DNA of 64,000 nucleotides from the NCBI GenBank assembly GCA_002269645.1, contig NIVC01000491.1, positions 434,001 to 498,000 on the forward strand, read 5' to 3'. Position 1 is the first letter of the stretch, and each line of letters opens with the position of its first letter. Position numbers and translations under genes: made by a program. Source of the stretch: Macrostomum lignano (taxonomy: Eukaryota). Below are positions 13,201 to 25,900 of this stretch, one piece after another. The notes below the pieces were generated by a model, which worked only from the letters and a program-made list of their open reading frames with translations, was not told the DNA's origin and searched no databases.

Positions 13201-16200
13201 CACTGAAAAGAAAGACAAATATTGGAATTTCGTGCTGGGTGGAGTCACGGTTGGAGTACAGAGGCAGGATATTCTTTGTCTCTTTTCCCTCTGCTCAGTT
13301 TGGCAACCCTGCCATCTCGGGCCTTGCCTGTTAACGCTTGTGTCACAATGGCTGTGCCAGGCCGAGAACAGAAAAGACGCCCTGGGCAGCTTGGAAAGTG
13401 CATCAAATTTGTGGCCACGTGATTTTTGACTGCTTATTTTTTTGTCAGTTTGGATTGTTCAGAGCGCATCGAGAGTAGAAAGAGATGGATGCGGGATTGA
13501 GACGGGGGATTAAAGTACAACGGATCAAATCGAATGCGTGTCATTATTTTCATTGGAAAATATTTGGTTTTTCAGTTTTTTCTGCATATTTATGATCGGA
13601 AAAATTTAATGTGTCGGATTGAGACAGCATTGGAGAGTAACAATGCCGGAGTGAAGGTGCCATCGATAGAGTGACAGTGGGAGAGTGACAGTGGGAGAGT
13701 GACAGTGGGAGAGTGACAGTGGGAGAGTGACAGTGGGAGAGTGACAGTGGGAGAGTGACAGTGGGAGAGTGACAGTGGGAGAGTGACAGTGGGAGAGTGA
13801 CAGTGGGAGAGTGACAGTGGGAGAGTGACAGTGGGAGAGTGACAGTGGGAGAGTGACAGTGGGAGAGTGACAGTGGGAGAGTGACAGTGGGAGAGTGACA
13901 GTGGGAGAGTGACAGTGGGAGAGTGACAGTGGGAGAGTGACAGTGGGAGAGTGACAGTGGGAGAGTGACAGTGGGAGAGTGACAGTGGGAGAGTGACAGT
14001 GGGAGAGTGACAGTGGGAGAGTGACAGTGGGAGAGTGACAGTGGGAGAGTGACAGTGGGAGAGTGACAGTGGGAGAGTGACAGTGGGAGAGTGACAGTGG
14101 GAGAGTGACAGTGGGAGAGTGACAGTGGGAGAGTGACAGTAGGAGAGTGACAGTGGGAGAGTGACAGTAGGAGAGTGACAGTGGGAGAGTGACAGTCCTG
14201 TCCGGGAGTAGCAGTCCTGGAGTGATAATACTATGCAGTCACTACAATGTGAAAGGGACAGAAAAAGTGCTTGTTGCGTGTCAGAATTAATTAAAATAAT
14301 TTCGATGTTTTTAATTTAAATTTCCCCCTAAATTCACATAAACGCAGACGCATCAGTAGATAAGATGATAAAAGGATGCATACTAAAAACCAGTTGACGA
14401 TGCTGTGTAGATGCAAGAGATCGAGACAGAATTTTTCACATTTTTATGGTATAAAAGTAGACTCTTTGGAGCATGTAAAGAGAAAGAGAGGGTAGATAGA
14501 GGGAGGGTAAAGAGGTAGAGGGTAAAGAGGGAGGGGGTAAAGAGGGAAAGGGTAAAGAGGGAGAGGGTAAAAAATGAGAGGGTAAAAAGGGAGAGGGTAA
14601 ATAAGAAGAGGGTAAATAAGGAGAATGTAAATAGGGAAAGGATAAATAAGGAGAGGGTAAATAAGGAGAGGGTAAAAAGGAAGGGGGTAAATAAGAAGAG
14701 GGTAAATAAGAAGAATGTATATAGGGAAAGGATAAATAAGGAGAGGGTAAAGAGGAAGAGGGTAAAGAGGGAGAGGGTAAAGAGGGAGAGGGTAAAGAGG
14801 GAGAGGGTAAAGAGGGAGAGGGTAAAGAGGGAGAGGATAGAGTTTAGGCACTGGGAATCAGTTATAGCTTGCGGTTAACTAAATGTAGTATCAACCCTGA
14901 AGTTGATATCTGAGGCAGCCAATATTACTTTAAATGCTACATTTTCTATCCAGGGTCTTGAGTGACAGTGTCAATGTTAAACAGTGCAGCAAGGACTGCG
15001 CCACGCCATTCTCCCGTGTAGCAAACCAGTAAAATTTTAGTCTAATGGGAAATCGGCCTCTTGTGCAACAGAAATCCCAGGATTAATGGGAAAGTTAATG
15101 GAGAAACATCAAACGGCTCTGAAATTGGATTCTGTAGTTTTAACTAGAATAAATTAGATTGGGTTATCAAAGGATTTAGGATTAGCATTGGGAAATATAT
15201 CTAGACGTACTAGAAGCTAATTTAATGTATAAAGGGCGCTTGATTCCCATGAATTAGGGGTCAAGCATCCCCGTGAAGTGTCATTGATTGGGGGGTCAAG
15301 CGTCCCCGTGAAGTGTCACTGATTGGGGGGTCAAGCGTCCCCGTGAAGTGTCATTGATAGGGGGGTCAAGCATCCCCATGAAGTGTCACTGTTTGGGGGG
15401 GTCAAGCATCCCCATGAGGTGTCACTGATTGGGGGGTCAAGCATCCCCGTGAAGTGTCACTGATTGGGGGGTCAAGCATCCCCGTGAAGTGTCACTGATT
15501 GGGGGGGTCAAGCATCCCCATGAAGTGTCACTGATTGGGGGGTCAAGCATCTCCGTGAAGTGTCACTGATTGGGGGGTCAAGCATCCCCGTGAAGTGTCA
15601 CTGATTGGGGGGTCAAGCATCCCCGTGAAGTGTCACTGATTGGGGGGGGTCAAGCATCCCCGTGAAGTGTCACTGATTGGGGGGGGGGTCAAGCATCCTC
15701 GTGAAGTGTCACAGATTGGGGGGTCAAGCATCCCCGTGAAGTGTCACTGATTGGGGGGGGGGTCAAGCATCCCCGTGAAGTGTCACTGATTGGGGGGGGC
15801 TGTCAAGCATCCTCGTGAAGTGTCACTGATTGGGGGGTCAAGCATCCCCATGAAGTGTCACTGATTGGGGGGCCAAGCATCCCCGTGAAGCGTCATTGAT
15901 AGGGGGGTCAAGCATCGCCGTGAAGTGTCACTGATTGGGGGGGGGGGGGTCAAGCATCCTCGTGAAGTGTCACTGATTGGGGGGCCAAGCATCCCCGTGA
16001 AGCGTCATTGATAGGGGTGTCAAGCATCCCCATGAAGTGTCACTGATTGGGGGGTCAAGCATCCCCATGAAGTGTCACTGATTGGGGGGTCAAGCATCCC
16101 CATGAAGTGTCACTGATTGGGGGGGGGTCAAGCATCCATATGAAGTGTCACTGATTGGGGGGGTCAAGCATCCATATGAAGTGTCACTGATTGGGGGGTC

Positions 16201-16795
16201 AAGCATCCCCATGAAGTGTCACTGATTGGGGGGTCAAGCATCCCCATGAAGTGTCACTGATTGGGGGGTCAAGCATCCCCATGAAGTGTCACAGATTGGG
16301 GGGTCAAGCATCCCCGTGAAGTGTCACTGATTGGGGGGTCAAGCATCCCCATGAAGTGTCACTGATTGGGGGGTCAAGCATCCCCGTGAAGTGTCACTGA
16401 CTGGGGGGGGGGTCAAGCATCCATATGAAGTGTCACTGATTGGGGGGTCAAGCATCCATATCAAGTGTCACTGATTGGGGGGGGTCTAGCATCCCCGTGA
16501 AGTGCATCACTGATTGGAGTCAAGCATCCCCATGAAGTGTCATTGATAGGGGGGTCAAGAGTATCCATGCAAACCATCAATCAAAAAAGTGTACACGCTG
16601 TCACCTTCCACTGCCCGCAGCCCCGCTGAAGCAGCCGTGAGCAGCAGGTCCAGCTTCGTGGCCGCAGCAGAATTTGCACACCAGCAGCACGCCAAGCACC
16701 ATGAGGACACCGGCCAGGACACCGCCAGCCAAAAACAGCGCCATCATCCATGGTGGCGCTCCGGCCGCCGCAGCTGCCGCAGTTGATGACGTCAT
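1272..16795 (-). CDS. Orphan multi-exon gene, probable single-pass membrane protein; predicted join(16605..16795, 8296..8367, 7433..7531, 2397..2512, 1272..1365), 3' end not resolved
   Basis: The first exon MTSSTAAAAAAGAPPWMMALFLAGGVLAGVLMVLGVLLVCKFCC... has a hydrophobic TM-like stretch and ends at AG|GTGAC (phase 2). Four GC-richer islands between repeat arrays each have YAG acceptors and GTAAG/GTGAG donors, and their phases chain without stops (2/2, 2/2, 2/1, 1/2): HQTLRKMVFKEKTIRPVSQLFRLR-RKSSLNYNFESSMAIPHELDSDYCSAAEPLRRG-SPTAAWDDSEDRQEGADQPDCDDEMPIDDIVAQFKNSM-ESKKQHHHQTAVAMELTASLMENSLASTSAS. The link from the first exon to the rest is less certain, and extra exons may exist. No family recognised. 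Confidence 0.5.
1680..2310. repeat. ~15-bp purine-rich minisatellite (GAGAGATAGAATGGG), intronic
   Basis: ATAGAATG recurs every 15 bp (e.g. 2041, 2056, 2071). Confidence 0.9.
2545..3795. repeat. 16-bp minisatellite (GCATGGGGAAGAGATA)n, intronic
   Basis: Long near-perfect array starting ~30 bp from the 2512 acceptor; it is the source of the spurious MLSLPHAISSPCYLFP ORFs. Confidence 0.97.
4410..7260. repeat. 23-bp minisatellite (CACATGATCCTTCATGTACATAT)n with higher-order variant periodicity
   Basis: About 120 copies; the diagnostic variant ACCTATAACATG recurs at multiples of 23 bp (69, 92, 115, 161). Confidence 0.97.
8020..8241. repeat. 29-bp minisatellite (GAGATGTCAAGGCTCATGGGGGAATTGCT)n
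   Basis: About 7 copies; the same family occurs in reverse orientation at 51826-51938. Confidence 0.92.
8955..9700. repeat. 16-bp minisatellite (GAGTGAACAGAGATGA)n
   Basis: Period 16 read directly (AGAGTG at 9001 and 9017). Confidence 0.96.
10270..12990. repeat. 15-bp triplet-built minisatellite (GAGGATGAGGATTAT)n with higher-order duplications
   Basis: Reads EDEDY, MRMRI or ILILI depending on frame; the junction GTCTGTGAAGATGAGGACTGAGTGTGAGG recurs at ~10701 and ~12352. Confidence 0.95.
13669..14196. repeat. 14-bp near-perfect tandem repeat (GAGTGACAGTGGGA)n
   Basis: About 37 copies, with only two G>A variants near the right end. Confidence 0.98.
14490..14838. repeat. 15-bp purine-rich repeat (AGAGGGAGAGGGTAA)n
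   Basis: Direct reading; diverged central copies. Confidence 0.92.
15255..16565. repeat. ~35-41 bp minisatellite GTCAAGCATCCCCGTGAAGTGTCACTGATT(G)n with variable G run
   Basis: About 36 copies; length variation is almost entirely in the G homopolymer. The array ends ~40 bp from the 16604 donor. Confidence 0.96.
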
Positions 16796-17938
16796 TAATG
16801 ATTTATAGCGGCTATTAAACTAGGTCTAGACAAAAAATTGCAGTCAATTTTTCTGAATCCAGGAGGTCGCGTTTGCGCACGTGTTTTTTAAAGAGACATA
16901 AAATTTGGATCTGACCGCTTATTGGTTACAATGGGCTCGGGCCAATGGGATCTGAGGCAGGAGATGACGGCAGCACAGCTAGAGGGGAGACGAGGGAGAT
17001 TAATGGGATTGTTTAGAGGCTGAAGCTACGGAATCGAGTGAGACAAATTGACGCAGGGCTGCTTGCTTGGTTGGTTGGGAAAGCGGCCGCCTTTGTAAAA
17101 AAGTACTCAAGCTACCTGCATGCACATGGGATTGACGTATCGTAGAAAAACAGTAATTAAAGTAATCTTCGGGAGCAGTTTTTCACTGAATGCGAGTAAT
17201 TACTGTCCAAACAGGCTAGCTATTCCTTTTCATTGAGTATAGGCTTGTAGAGGAATGAGAGAGCCAAATATTTCATATAGCTAGCATTGCGTCTCCTAAT
17301 ATCTTGGATACTAAATACGTATGTTTACTTAATCTAATGTACAGAATATACATTAACATACATGTACACTACATGCAGTTAAGGTTACGTACAGATATCG
17401 ATACATGTAGTTAGGTAATGTACATATTAACACATAAATGTATAGCTACTAGATTATGTGATCTACATAAATGCAGCTAAGGTTATGTACAGATATAGAT
17501 AAATGTAGTTAGGTCTTGTACAGATTTACATTTATGTTTAGATCCACATGTACATCCTTTAACAAAAATGTACGGATGTACACAAATGTAGCTAGATAAT
17601 GTACAGGGGATCGACATATACGCACTTAGTTAGTAGGTCATGTACAGATGTAAATACATGAAGCTAAAGCATCATGCATGAAGTTTAATAATGTAAAAAG
17701 ATCTACATGAACGCATCTAGATTATGTACAGATCTATTTTTACGCGAAGCAACTTCTTGAATTATTTTTTCGCTCCTTATCAACGGCCATGCAGTGACAT
17801 GTACATGTTTTTCATTGAAATCTGGTGAGAATATTGAATTGACTTCAGCGAATATTTATCTCAAGAGTTGCACTGATTTAATTGGGAAGAAGTCTTAAAA
17901 TCAGGTTGGGGGGCAGAGCGTCTCATGACCCATGAGGG

Positions 17939-17968
17939 TACACATGCGCAACAGTCGGCCGATCCGAC
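17939..17968. mobile_element. Solo end fragment of the 44302-44600 MITE family
   Basis: TACACATGCGCAACAGTCGGCCGATCCGAC matches the reverse complement of the right end of that MITE (CATACATGCGCAACAGTCGGCCGA...). Confidence 0.55.
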
Positions 17969-18619
17969 ACTTCATGCAAAAATTCCCCACTCGAATAAAT
18001 ACCAAAGTAGTACTAAGTAGATAACGCGCCCACAACCCTTCAGTAAGTATTGATAAGCCTTCAAATCATTTTTTCATATATTTGACGTGTCCTACGTGTC
18101 CTTAATAAGCATCAAAGCAATCGGTGCCGTTTGAGGTATCTCCAAGATTAATCCTTTCCGTCACCTTTAGGGTGATTATCGAGCGAGTAGAAGTTCTCTC
18201 CTTGGCAACCTAACCTACATTTACACATTTCTCTCAATTATAAAAATAATTAAAATTCAATAATATCGCTCTCTGTTAAAAGAAGGAACTTGATATTCAT
18301 ACAAACGAGTTAGAAACGCCTCATGTTTTTTTATGTCAACTTATCAACCACTTTTAATGAAAGTATACAATTGTACATGCGTGAGATAGACAGCAATTGG
18401 ATTCAATCGCATTTTGCAATATTAAAATATTACCTAAATGCTCGGTAAATCTTAATTGACCAACGCTACTTTCAATAGCAAGTAGAAAATTGCAAGTAGA
18501 AATGGATTATAAAATTTTGTTAACATTAATTTAAATACATTTACCAAATTAATTAAGCAATAATAATAAGGTTTTATAATTAAATCGGGATAGTTAATAA
18601 ATAAAACGGTTTATCGCTC

Positions 18620-19350
18620 GTTTTTACTCTCACGGGTGATTGGGAGAATCTCAGGGGTAATGAGGAGAATCTCACGGGTGATGAGGAGAATCTCACGGGT
18701 GATTGAGAGAATCTCAGGTGTGATGAGGAGAATTTAAGGGGTGATGAGAAGAATCTCAGGGATGATTGGGAGAATCTCAGGGGTAATGAGGAGAATCTCA
18801 GGGGTGATGAGGAGAATCTCAGGGGTGATGAGGAGAATCTCAGGGGTGATGAGGAGAATCTCAGGGGTGATGAGGAGAATCTCAAGTGTGATGATGAGAA
18901 TCTCAAGGGTGATGATGAGAATCTCAGGGGTGATGAAGAGAATTTCAGGGGTGATGAGGAGAATCTCAGGGATGATTGGGAGAATCTCAGGAGTGATGAG
19001 GAGAATCTCAGGGGTGATGAGGAGAATCTCAGGGATGATTGGGAGAATCTCAAGTGTGATGATGAGAATCTCAAGGGTGATGATGAGAATCTCAGGGGTG
19101 ATGAAGAGAATCTCAGGGGTGATGAGGAGAATCTCAGGGATGATTGGGAGAATCTCAGGAGTGATGAGGAGAATCTCAGGAGTGATGAGGAGAATCTCAG
19201 GGATGATTGGGAGAATCTCAGGAGTGATGAAGAGAATCTCAGGGGTGATGAGGAGAATCTCAGGGATGATTGGGAGAATCTCAGGAGTGATGAGGAGAAT
19301 CTCAGGGGTAATGAGGAGAATCTCAGGGGTGATGAGGAGAATCTCAGTGA
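18620..19350. repeat. 21-bp minisatellite (GAGGAGAATCTCAGGGGTGAT)n just downstream of the FEN1 stop
   Basis: About 35 copies read directly. Confidence 0.96.
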
Positions 19351-19548
19351 TGCATAATTGATTTTGTAGAACTGTATTCATGCGAGATTCTCACGAGAAG
19401 ATTTTTATAGTGAGATTTTAAACGATTGCTATGGGATCATCATGTGGGGTGCAAATTATGATAAAAATAGAAGATGCATTCAGTTACGCGCGCGGTCTAA
19501 CAATAGTTTGATAGAAGAAGATAAACCGACTCCAATTAAAAACTGTTT

Positions 19549-19908
19549 TTACTTTCTCTTTTTAAAAGACGAGTTTCCTGCAGCCTTCTTCTTAGCGGCC
19601 GGGCCCTTGCCAGCCTCGGCCAGGGACTTCCGTTTCTGGCCGCCGGAAGCGGACTGCTGGCCGGCCGGCGGCTGCAGTACGGAGAAGAACGAATCGATGC
19701 GACCTTGAACTGTTGTCTGCTTAGCTTTGAGCAGCCGCTTAGCCCCGCTGCGGACTCGTTCCTCGTTAAACCCGTTCTCTTCAACTAGGAATTTGATGAG
19801 GCCGGCTTCGTCCGGCTCGGACCACTTCAGCTCGACGGTGTCGCCAGGTGTAACGTCCGGCTTAGCGAACAGCCGCCTGGCCTCCTGGTATTGCCAGTTC
19901 TCTGGCAC
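19549..19908 (-). CDS. FEN1: FEN1 exon 4 (terminal; PIP box, basic tail, TAA)
   Basis: CCGCAG|GTG acceptor; ends ...QGRIDSFF...KKRK*. Confidence 0.96.
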   Translation of the reverse strand: MPENWQYQEARRLFAKPDVTPGDTVELKWSEPDEAGLIKFLVEENGFNEERVRSGAKRLLKAKQTTVQGRIDSFFSVLQPPAGQQSASGGQKRKSLAEAGKGPAAKKKAAGNSSFKKRK

Positions 19909-22900
19909 CTGCGGATGCGAATTGTGCGAGTAATTAGTCTGCTTTTTTAAAGTACTTGAACTTCAGAAGCTCGAACTCAGACTTCATATACCTAGGCTTC
20001 GAGTTCGAGTCTTAGGAGAGAGGTTCGGAGTTCGAGTCTCAGGAGAAAGGTTCGGAGTTCGAGTCTTAGGAGAGGTTCGGAGTTTGAGTCTCAGGAGAGA
20101 TTCAGAGTTCGAGTCTCAGGAGAGATTCAGAGTTCGAGTCTCAAGAGAGGTTCGAAGTTCGAGTCTCAGGAGAGATTCAGAGTTCGAGTCTCAAGAGAGG
20201 TTCGAAGTTCGAGTCTCAGCGGACATGTGCAATTTGAGTCTTAGGAGAGGTTCGGAGTTCGAGTCTTAGGAGAGGTTTGGAGTTCGAGTCTTAGGAGAGG
20301 TTCGGAGTTCGAGTCTCAGGAGAGAGGTTCGGAGTTCGAGTCTCAGGACAGGTTCGGAGTTCGAGTCTCAGGAGAAAGGTTCGGAGTTCGAGTCTCAGGA
20401 GAGATTCAGAGCTCGAGTCTCAAGAGAGGTTCGAAGTTCGAGTCTCAGCGGACATTTGCAATTTGAGTCTTAGGAGAGGTTCGGAGTTCGAGTCTTAGGA
20501 GAGATTCGGAGTTCGAGTCTTAGGAGAGATTCGGAGTTCGAGTCTTAGGAGAGGTTCGGAGTTCGAGTCTTAGGAGAGATTCGGAGTTCGAGTCTTAGGA
20601 GAGGTTCGGAGTTCGAGTCTTAGGAGAGGTTCGGAGTTCGAGTCTTAGGAGAGGTTCGGAGTTCGAGTCTTAGGAGAGGTTCGGAGTTCGAGTCTCAGGA
20701 GAGATTCAGAGTTCGAGTCTCAAGAGAGGTTCGGAGTTCGAGTCTCTGGAGAAAGGTTCGGAGTTCGAGTCTCAGGAGAGATTCAGAGCTCGACTCTCAA
20801 GAGAGGTTCGGAGTTCGAGTCTCAGGGGAGGTTCGAACGCGATTCCTATTTAAACTCTTAATGCGGAGATTTATAAAATTTGAACAAAATATGTTTTTAA
20901 ACTTTAGGAGTCAACAGGTATTAATAAAAAGTTCACTAGAATAATAACTGATTGACGGGTTTTCGAGTGTTCCATTCCCAGTCTATTCAATAGCAGAGCA
21001 CTCAAGAGCAATTCAGCGCAAGCAAGTCGGGAAGTGAGTAGAATTAAAAAACAGTCACGTTTCTTCGCTATCTTAAAGTGCAGCTCCAGCAAAAAAGCAA
21101 TTACAAAAATGAGCTGTGCTGGGTAAATTAACTATGGAAATAATAATATTAAAATATGCATGGCTAACAGAGAGAGAAGAAAGTGCTTATTAGATAAAGT
21201 TCACAGCGCTGACATCTGTGTGAGTAGGAATTCCATCATAACTTAATTATCTGACAGATCCATCTGATCAGGACTGGGATAAATTCCTGTTCAAAAGTAC
21301 AAAAGCAGCCAATGATCTTCTAAAAGCAAGAATCTTTTAATTTCGGAACAAAGAATGACATGAATTTAAACACAATTGAAGAATTTTAGGGCGATGGAAC
21401 AAATACACACTTCGAGAATCTCTAAAAGCGATGGAACAAAGACACACTTCGAGAATCTCTAAAAGCGATGGAACAAAGACACAGTTCGAGAATCTCTAAA
21501 AGCGATGGAACAAAGACACACTTCGAGAATCTCTAAAGCGATGGAACAAAGACACTTCGGGAATCTCTAAAAGCGATGGAACAAAGACACACTTTGAGAA
21601 TCTCTAAGGCGATGGAACAAAGACACAGTTCAAGATTAAGAATCTCTAAAAGCGATGGAACAAAGACACACTTTGAGAATCTCTAAGGCGATCGAACAAA
21701 GGCACTTCGAGAATCTCTAAAAGCGATGGAACAAAGACACAGTTCAAGAATCTCTAAAAGCGATAGAACAAAGACACACTTTGAGAATCTCTAAGGCGAT
21801 GGAACAAAGGCACTTCGAGAATCTCTAAAAGCGATGGAACAAAGACAGTTCAAGAATCTCTAAAAGCGATGGAACAAAGACACACTTTAAGAATCTCTAA
21901 GACGATGGAACAAAGACACACTTGAAGAATCTCTAAAGCCATAGAAAAAAGACACACTTCGAGAATCTCTAAAAGCGATAGAACAAAGACACACTTTGAG
22001 AATCTCTAAGGCGATGGAACAAAGACACAGTTCAAGAATCTTTAAACGATGAAACAAAGACACTTTGAGAATCTCTAAAAGCGATGGAACAAAGACACAC
22101 TTCAAGAATCTCTAAAAGCGATGGAACAAAGACACAGTTCAAGAGTCTCTAAAAAGCGATGGAACAAAGACACAGTTCAAGAGTCTCTAAAAAGCGATGG
22201 AACAAAGACACTGAGAATCTCTAAGGCGATGGAACAAAGACACAGTTCGAGAATCTCTAAAACGATGGAACAAAGACACACTTAAAAGGCAACTCACTTG
22301 ATATTTGTCCTTGTCCAAATGCTTGAGCACATTGTCGATATCGCCATACTTTCGCAGAAACTCCAACGCCTTTTTCGGCCCGACGCCGCGAACCGAGTCG
22401 CAATAGTCGCAGCCAAGCAAGATGCACAGGTCAACAAACTGCTCCTGACTCATGCTCATCTCCTGCAACGCCTTGTCCAGTCGGAACTCTTGAATCGGCA
22501 TCTTCTTGGCTTCGCTGAATGTTAGCCGACGCAACAGAACCGGTGCACCGAATGTCAGCGCGTCCATGTCTTCGGTGCCTACAGCGAAGACGCGACCGCT
22601 ACGCACCAGCTCCGCGCACTGCGCCTCCGCCTCTGACGGCGCCTGAAGCCAGGGCACGCCCATCAGGGTGAGAAGTCGCTGACATTCTGCCGCGTGCTGT
22701 TTCGTCACCTTCACAAGGCGCTTGGACATGCGCTCCGCTTCCTCCGCATCTTCTACCTGGGGAGTGAGGGTGATTGGGAATAAAGGTTTCACTCAGGGGT
22801 GGGTAGCTAACATCTAGATCTATAGAGTATCTAACATCTAGATCTATAGGGTAGCTAACATCTAGATCTATAGGGTAGCTAACATCCAGATCTATAGGGT

Positions 22901-25900
22901 AGCTAACATCTAGATCTATAGAGTAGCTAACATCTAGATCTATAGGGTAGCTAACATCCAGATCTATAGGGTAGCTAACATCTAGATCTATAGGGTAGCT
23001 AACATCTAGATCTATAGGGTAGCTAACATATAGATCTATCGAGTAGCTAACATCTACATCTATAGGGTAGCTAACATCTAGATCTATAGGGTAGCTAACA
23101 TATAGATCTATAGGGTAGCTAACATCTAGATCTATAGGGTAGCTAACATCTAGATCTATAGTGTTAACATCTAGATCTATAGGGTAGCTAACATCTAGAT
23201 CTATAGGGTAGCTAACATATAGATCTATAGGGTAGCTAACATCTAGATCTATAGGGTAGCTAACATCTAGATCTATAGTGTTAACTAGCAATCTAGTGCG
23301 GCCCCCCTTCGGGGCGCCCAATAAGAAAGGAGCAAAAATAGTTCATGGAAAACAATAAAAAAACACATTTTCTTAAACACTAATTCCTTCTTCACATTTT
23401 AAAAATCACCTTATTCGTGTAAAATTGTCACGGACTAAGATGTTTGCAAAATTAAAAAATCACTTTTTCTCTAAAATTAACAAACAGTCAACAAAATATC
23501 GTTTCCCTAAATAGAAAATATTCCCAAGACAGCAAGCAACCCCCTCCAAAAGTGAACAATCGCAGATAGCAAGCATCCTCTAATGCTCATAGCAAGAATC
23601 ACCACAGATAGCAAGCATCTGCAGATTAGCAAGCACCCCTCCCAGATATTATAGAAGCATCCACCCAGATAGCAAGCATCCCCCAGATATTATAGAAGCA
23701 ACCACCCAGATAGCAAGCATCCTGCAGATAGCAAGAATCCCTAAATAGCAAGCATCCCTGGATTGAAAGAATCCCATGCATGTAGCCAGCACCCCCTCTC
23801 CCAAATAGCAAGTATCCCCCCTCGAGAGCAAGCATCCACGAGATAGCAAGTAGCTAGTGCACATGTTACTTCCGCTAATGCAATAATCGCTTTCTCAGGT
23901 TGTGCAACAATCCACGTCTCAGCGAGCGCAATAATCTTTTTTTTAGACAGCGCAGTAATCAGCTTCTCAGCTAGTGCAATAATACTTGGTTTATTAATAG
24001 CAATAATCCTTGATTAATCAAGTGCAATAATCCTTGGTTTATCAAGTGCAATAATCCTTGGTTTATCAAGTGCAGTAATCTTTGGCTTATAAAGTGCAAT
24101 AATCCTTGGTTTATTAAGTGCAATAATCCTTTGTTTATCAAGTGCAATAATCCTTGGTTTATCAAGTGCAATAATCCTTTGTTTATCAAGTGCAATAATC
24201 CTTGGTTTATTAAGTGCAATAATCCTTGGTTTATCAAGTGCAATAATCCTTGGTTTATCTAGCGCAGTAATCCTTGGCTTATCAAGTGCAATAATCCTTG
24301 GTTTATCAAGTGCAATATTTGTTTATCAAGTGCAATAATCCTTGGTTTATCAAGTGAAATAATCCTTGGTTTATCAAGTGCAATAATCATTGGCTTATCA
24401 ACTGCAATAATCCTTGGTTTATCAAGTGCAATAATCCTTGGTTTATCTAGCGCAGTAATCCTTGGCTTATCAAGTGCAATAATCCTTGGTTTATCAAGTG
24501 CAATATTTGTTTATCAAGTGCAATAATCCTTGGTTTATCAAGTGAAATAATCCTTGGTTTATCAAGTGCAATAATCATTGGCTTATCAACTGCAATAATC
24601 CTTGGTTTATCAAGTGCAATAATCATTGGCTTATCAAGTGCAATAATCCTTGGTTTATCAAGTGCAATAATCATTGGCTTATCAACTGCAATAATCCTTG
24701 GTTTATCAAGCGCAGTAATCCTTGGCCTATCAAGTGCAATAATCCTTGGCTTATCGAGTGCAGTAATCCTTGGTTTGCCAAGAGCAATAATCCTTGGTTT
24801 ATCGAGTGCAGTAATCCTTAGTTTTCCAAGTGCAGTAATCCTTGGTTTATTAAGAGCAATAATCCTTGGCTTATCGAGTGCAGTAATCCTTGGTTTGCCA
24901 AGAGCAATAATCCTTGGTTTATCGAGTGCAGTAATCCTTAGTTTTCCAAGTGCAGTAATCCTTGTTTATTAAGAGCAATAATCCTTGGTTTATCGAGTGC
25001 AGTAGTCCTTGGTTTATTAATAGCAATAATCCTTGAATAATCCAGTGCATTAATCTCTGGCTTATCAAGTGCAACATTCTTTACTATCAAGTGCAATAAT
25101 CCATGGCTTATCAAGCTCTGTAATCCTTGGCTTATCAAGTGCAATAATCCTTGGTTTATCAAGTGCAATAATCCTTTGTTTATCAAGTGCAGTAATCCTT
25201 GGCCTATCAAGTGCAATAATCCATGGCTTATCAAGCGCTGTAATCCTTGGCTTATCAAGTGCAATAATCCTTGGTTTATCAAGTGCAATAATCCTTGGTT
25301 TATCAAGTGCAATAATCATTTGTTTATCAAGTGCAATAATCCTTGGTTTATCAAGCGCAGTAATCTTTGGCTTATCAAGTGCAATAATCCTTGGTTTATC
25401 AAGTGCAATAATCCTTGGTTTATCAAGTGCAATATTTGTTTATCAAGTGCAATAATCCTTGGTTTATCAAGTGAAATAATCCTTGGTTTATCAAGTGCAA
25501 TAATCCTTGGTTTATCAAGTGCAGTAATCCTTAGTTTTCCAAGTGCAGTAATCCTTGGTTTGCCAAGAGCAATAATCCTTGGTTTATCGAGTGCAGTAAT
25601 CCTTAGTTTTCCAAGTGCAGTAATCCTTGGTTTATTAAGAGCAATAATCCTTGGCTTATCAAGTGCAGTAGTCCTTGGTTTATTAATAGCAATAATCCTT
25701 GAATAATCCAGTGCAACATTCTTTACTATCAAGTGCAATAATCCATGGCTTATCAAGCGCTGTAATCCTTGGCTTATCAAGTGCAATAATCCTTGGTTTA
25801 TCAAGTGCAATAATCCTTGGTTTATCAAGTGCAATAATCCTTGGTTTAACAAGTGCAATAATCCTTGGTTTATCAAGTGCAATAATCCTTGGTTTATCAA

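Noticed and set aside
13040-13210. Strong acceptor TTTTCAG near 13203 on - as an extra exon
   Set aside because: No convincing downstream donor found; left out of the gene model.
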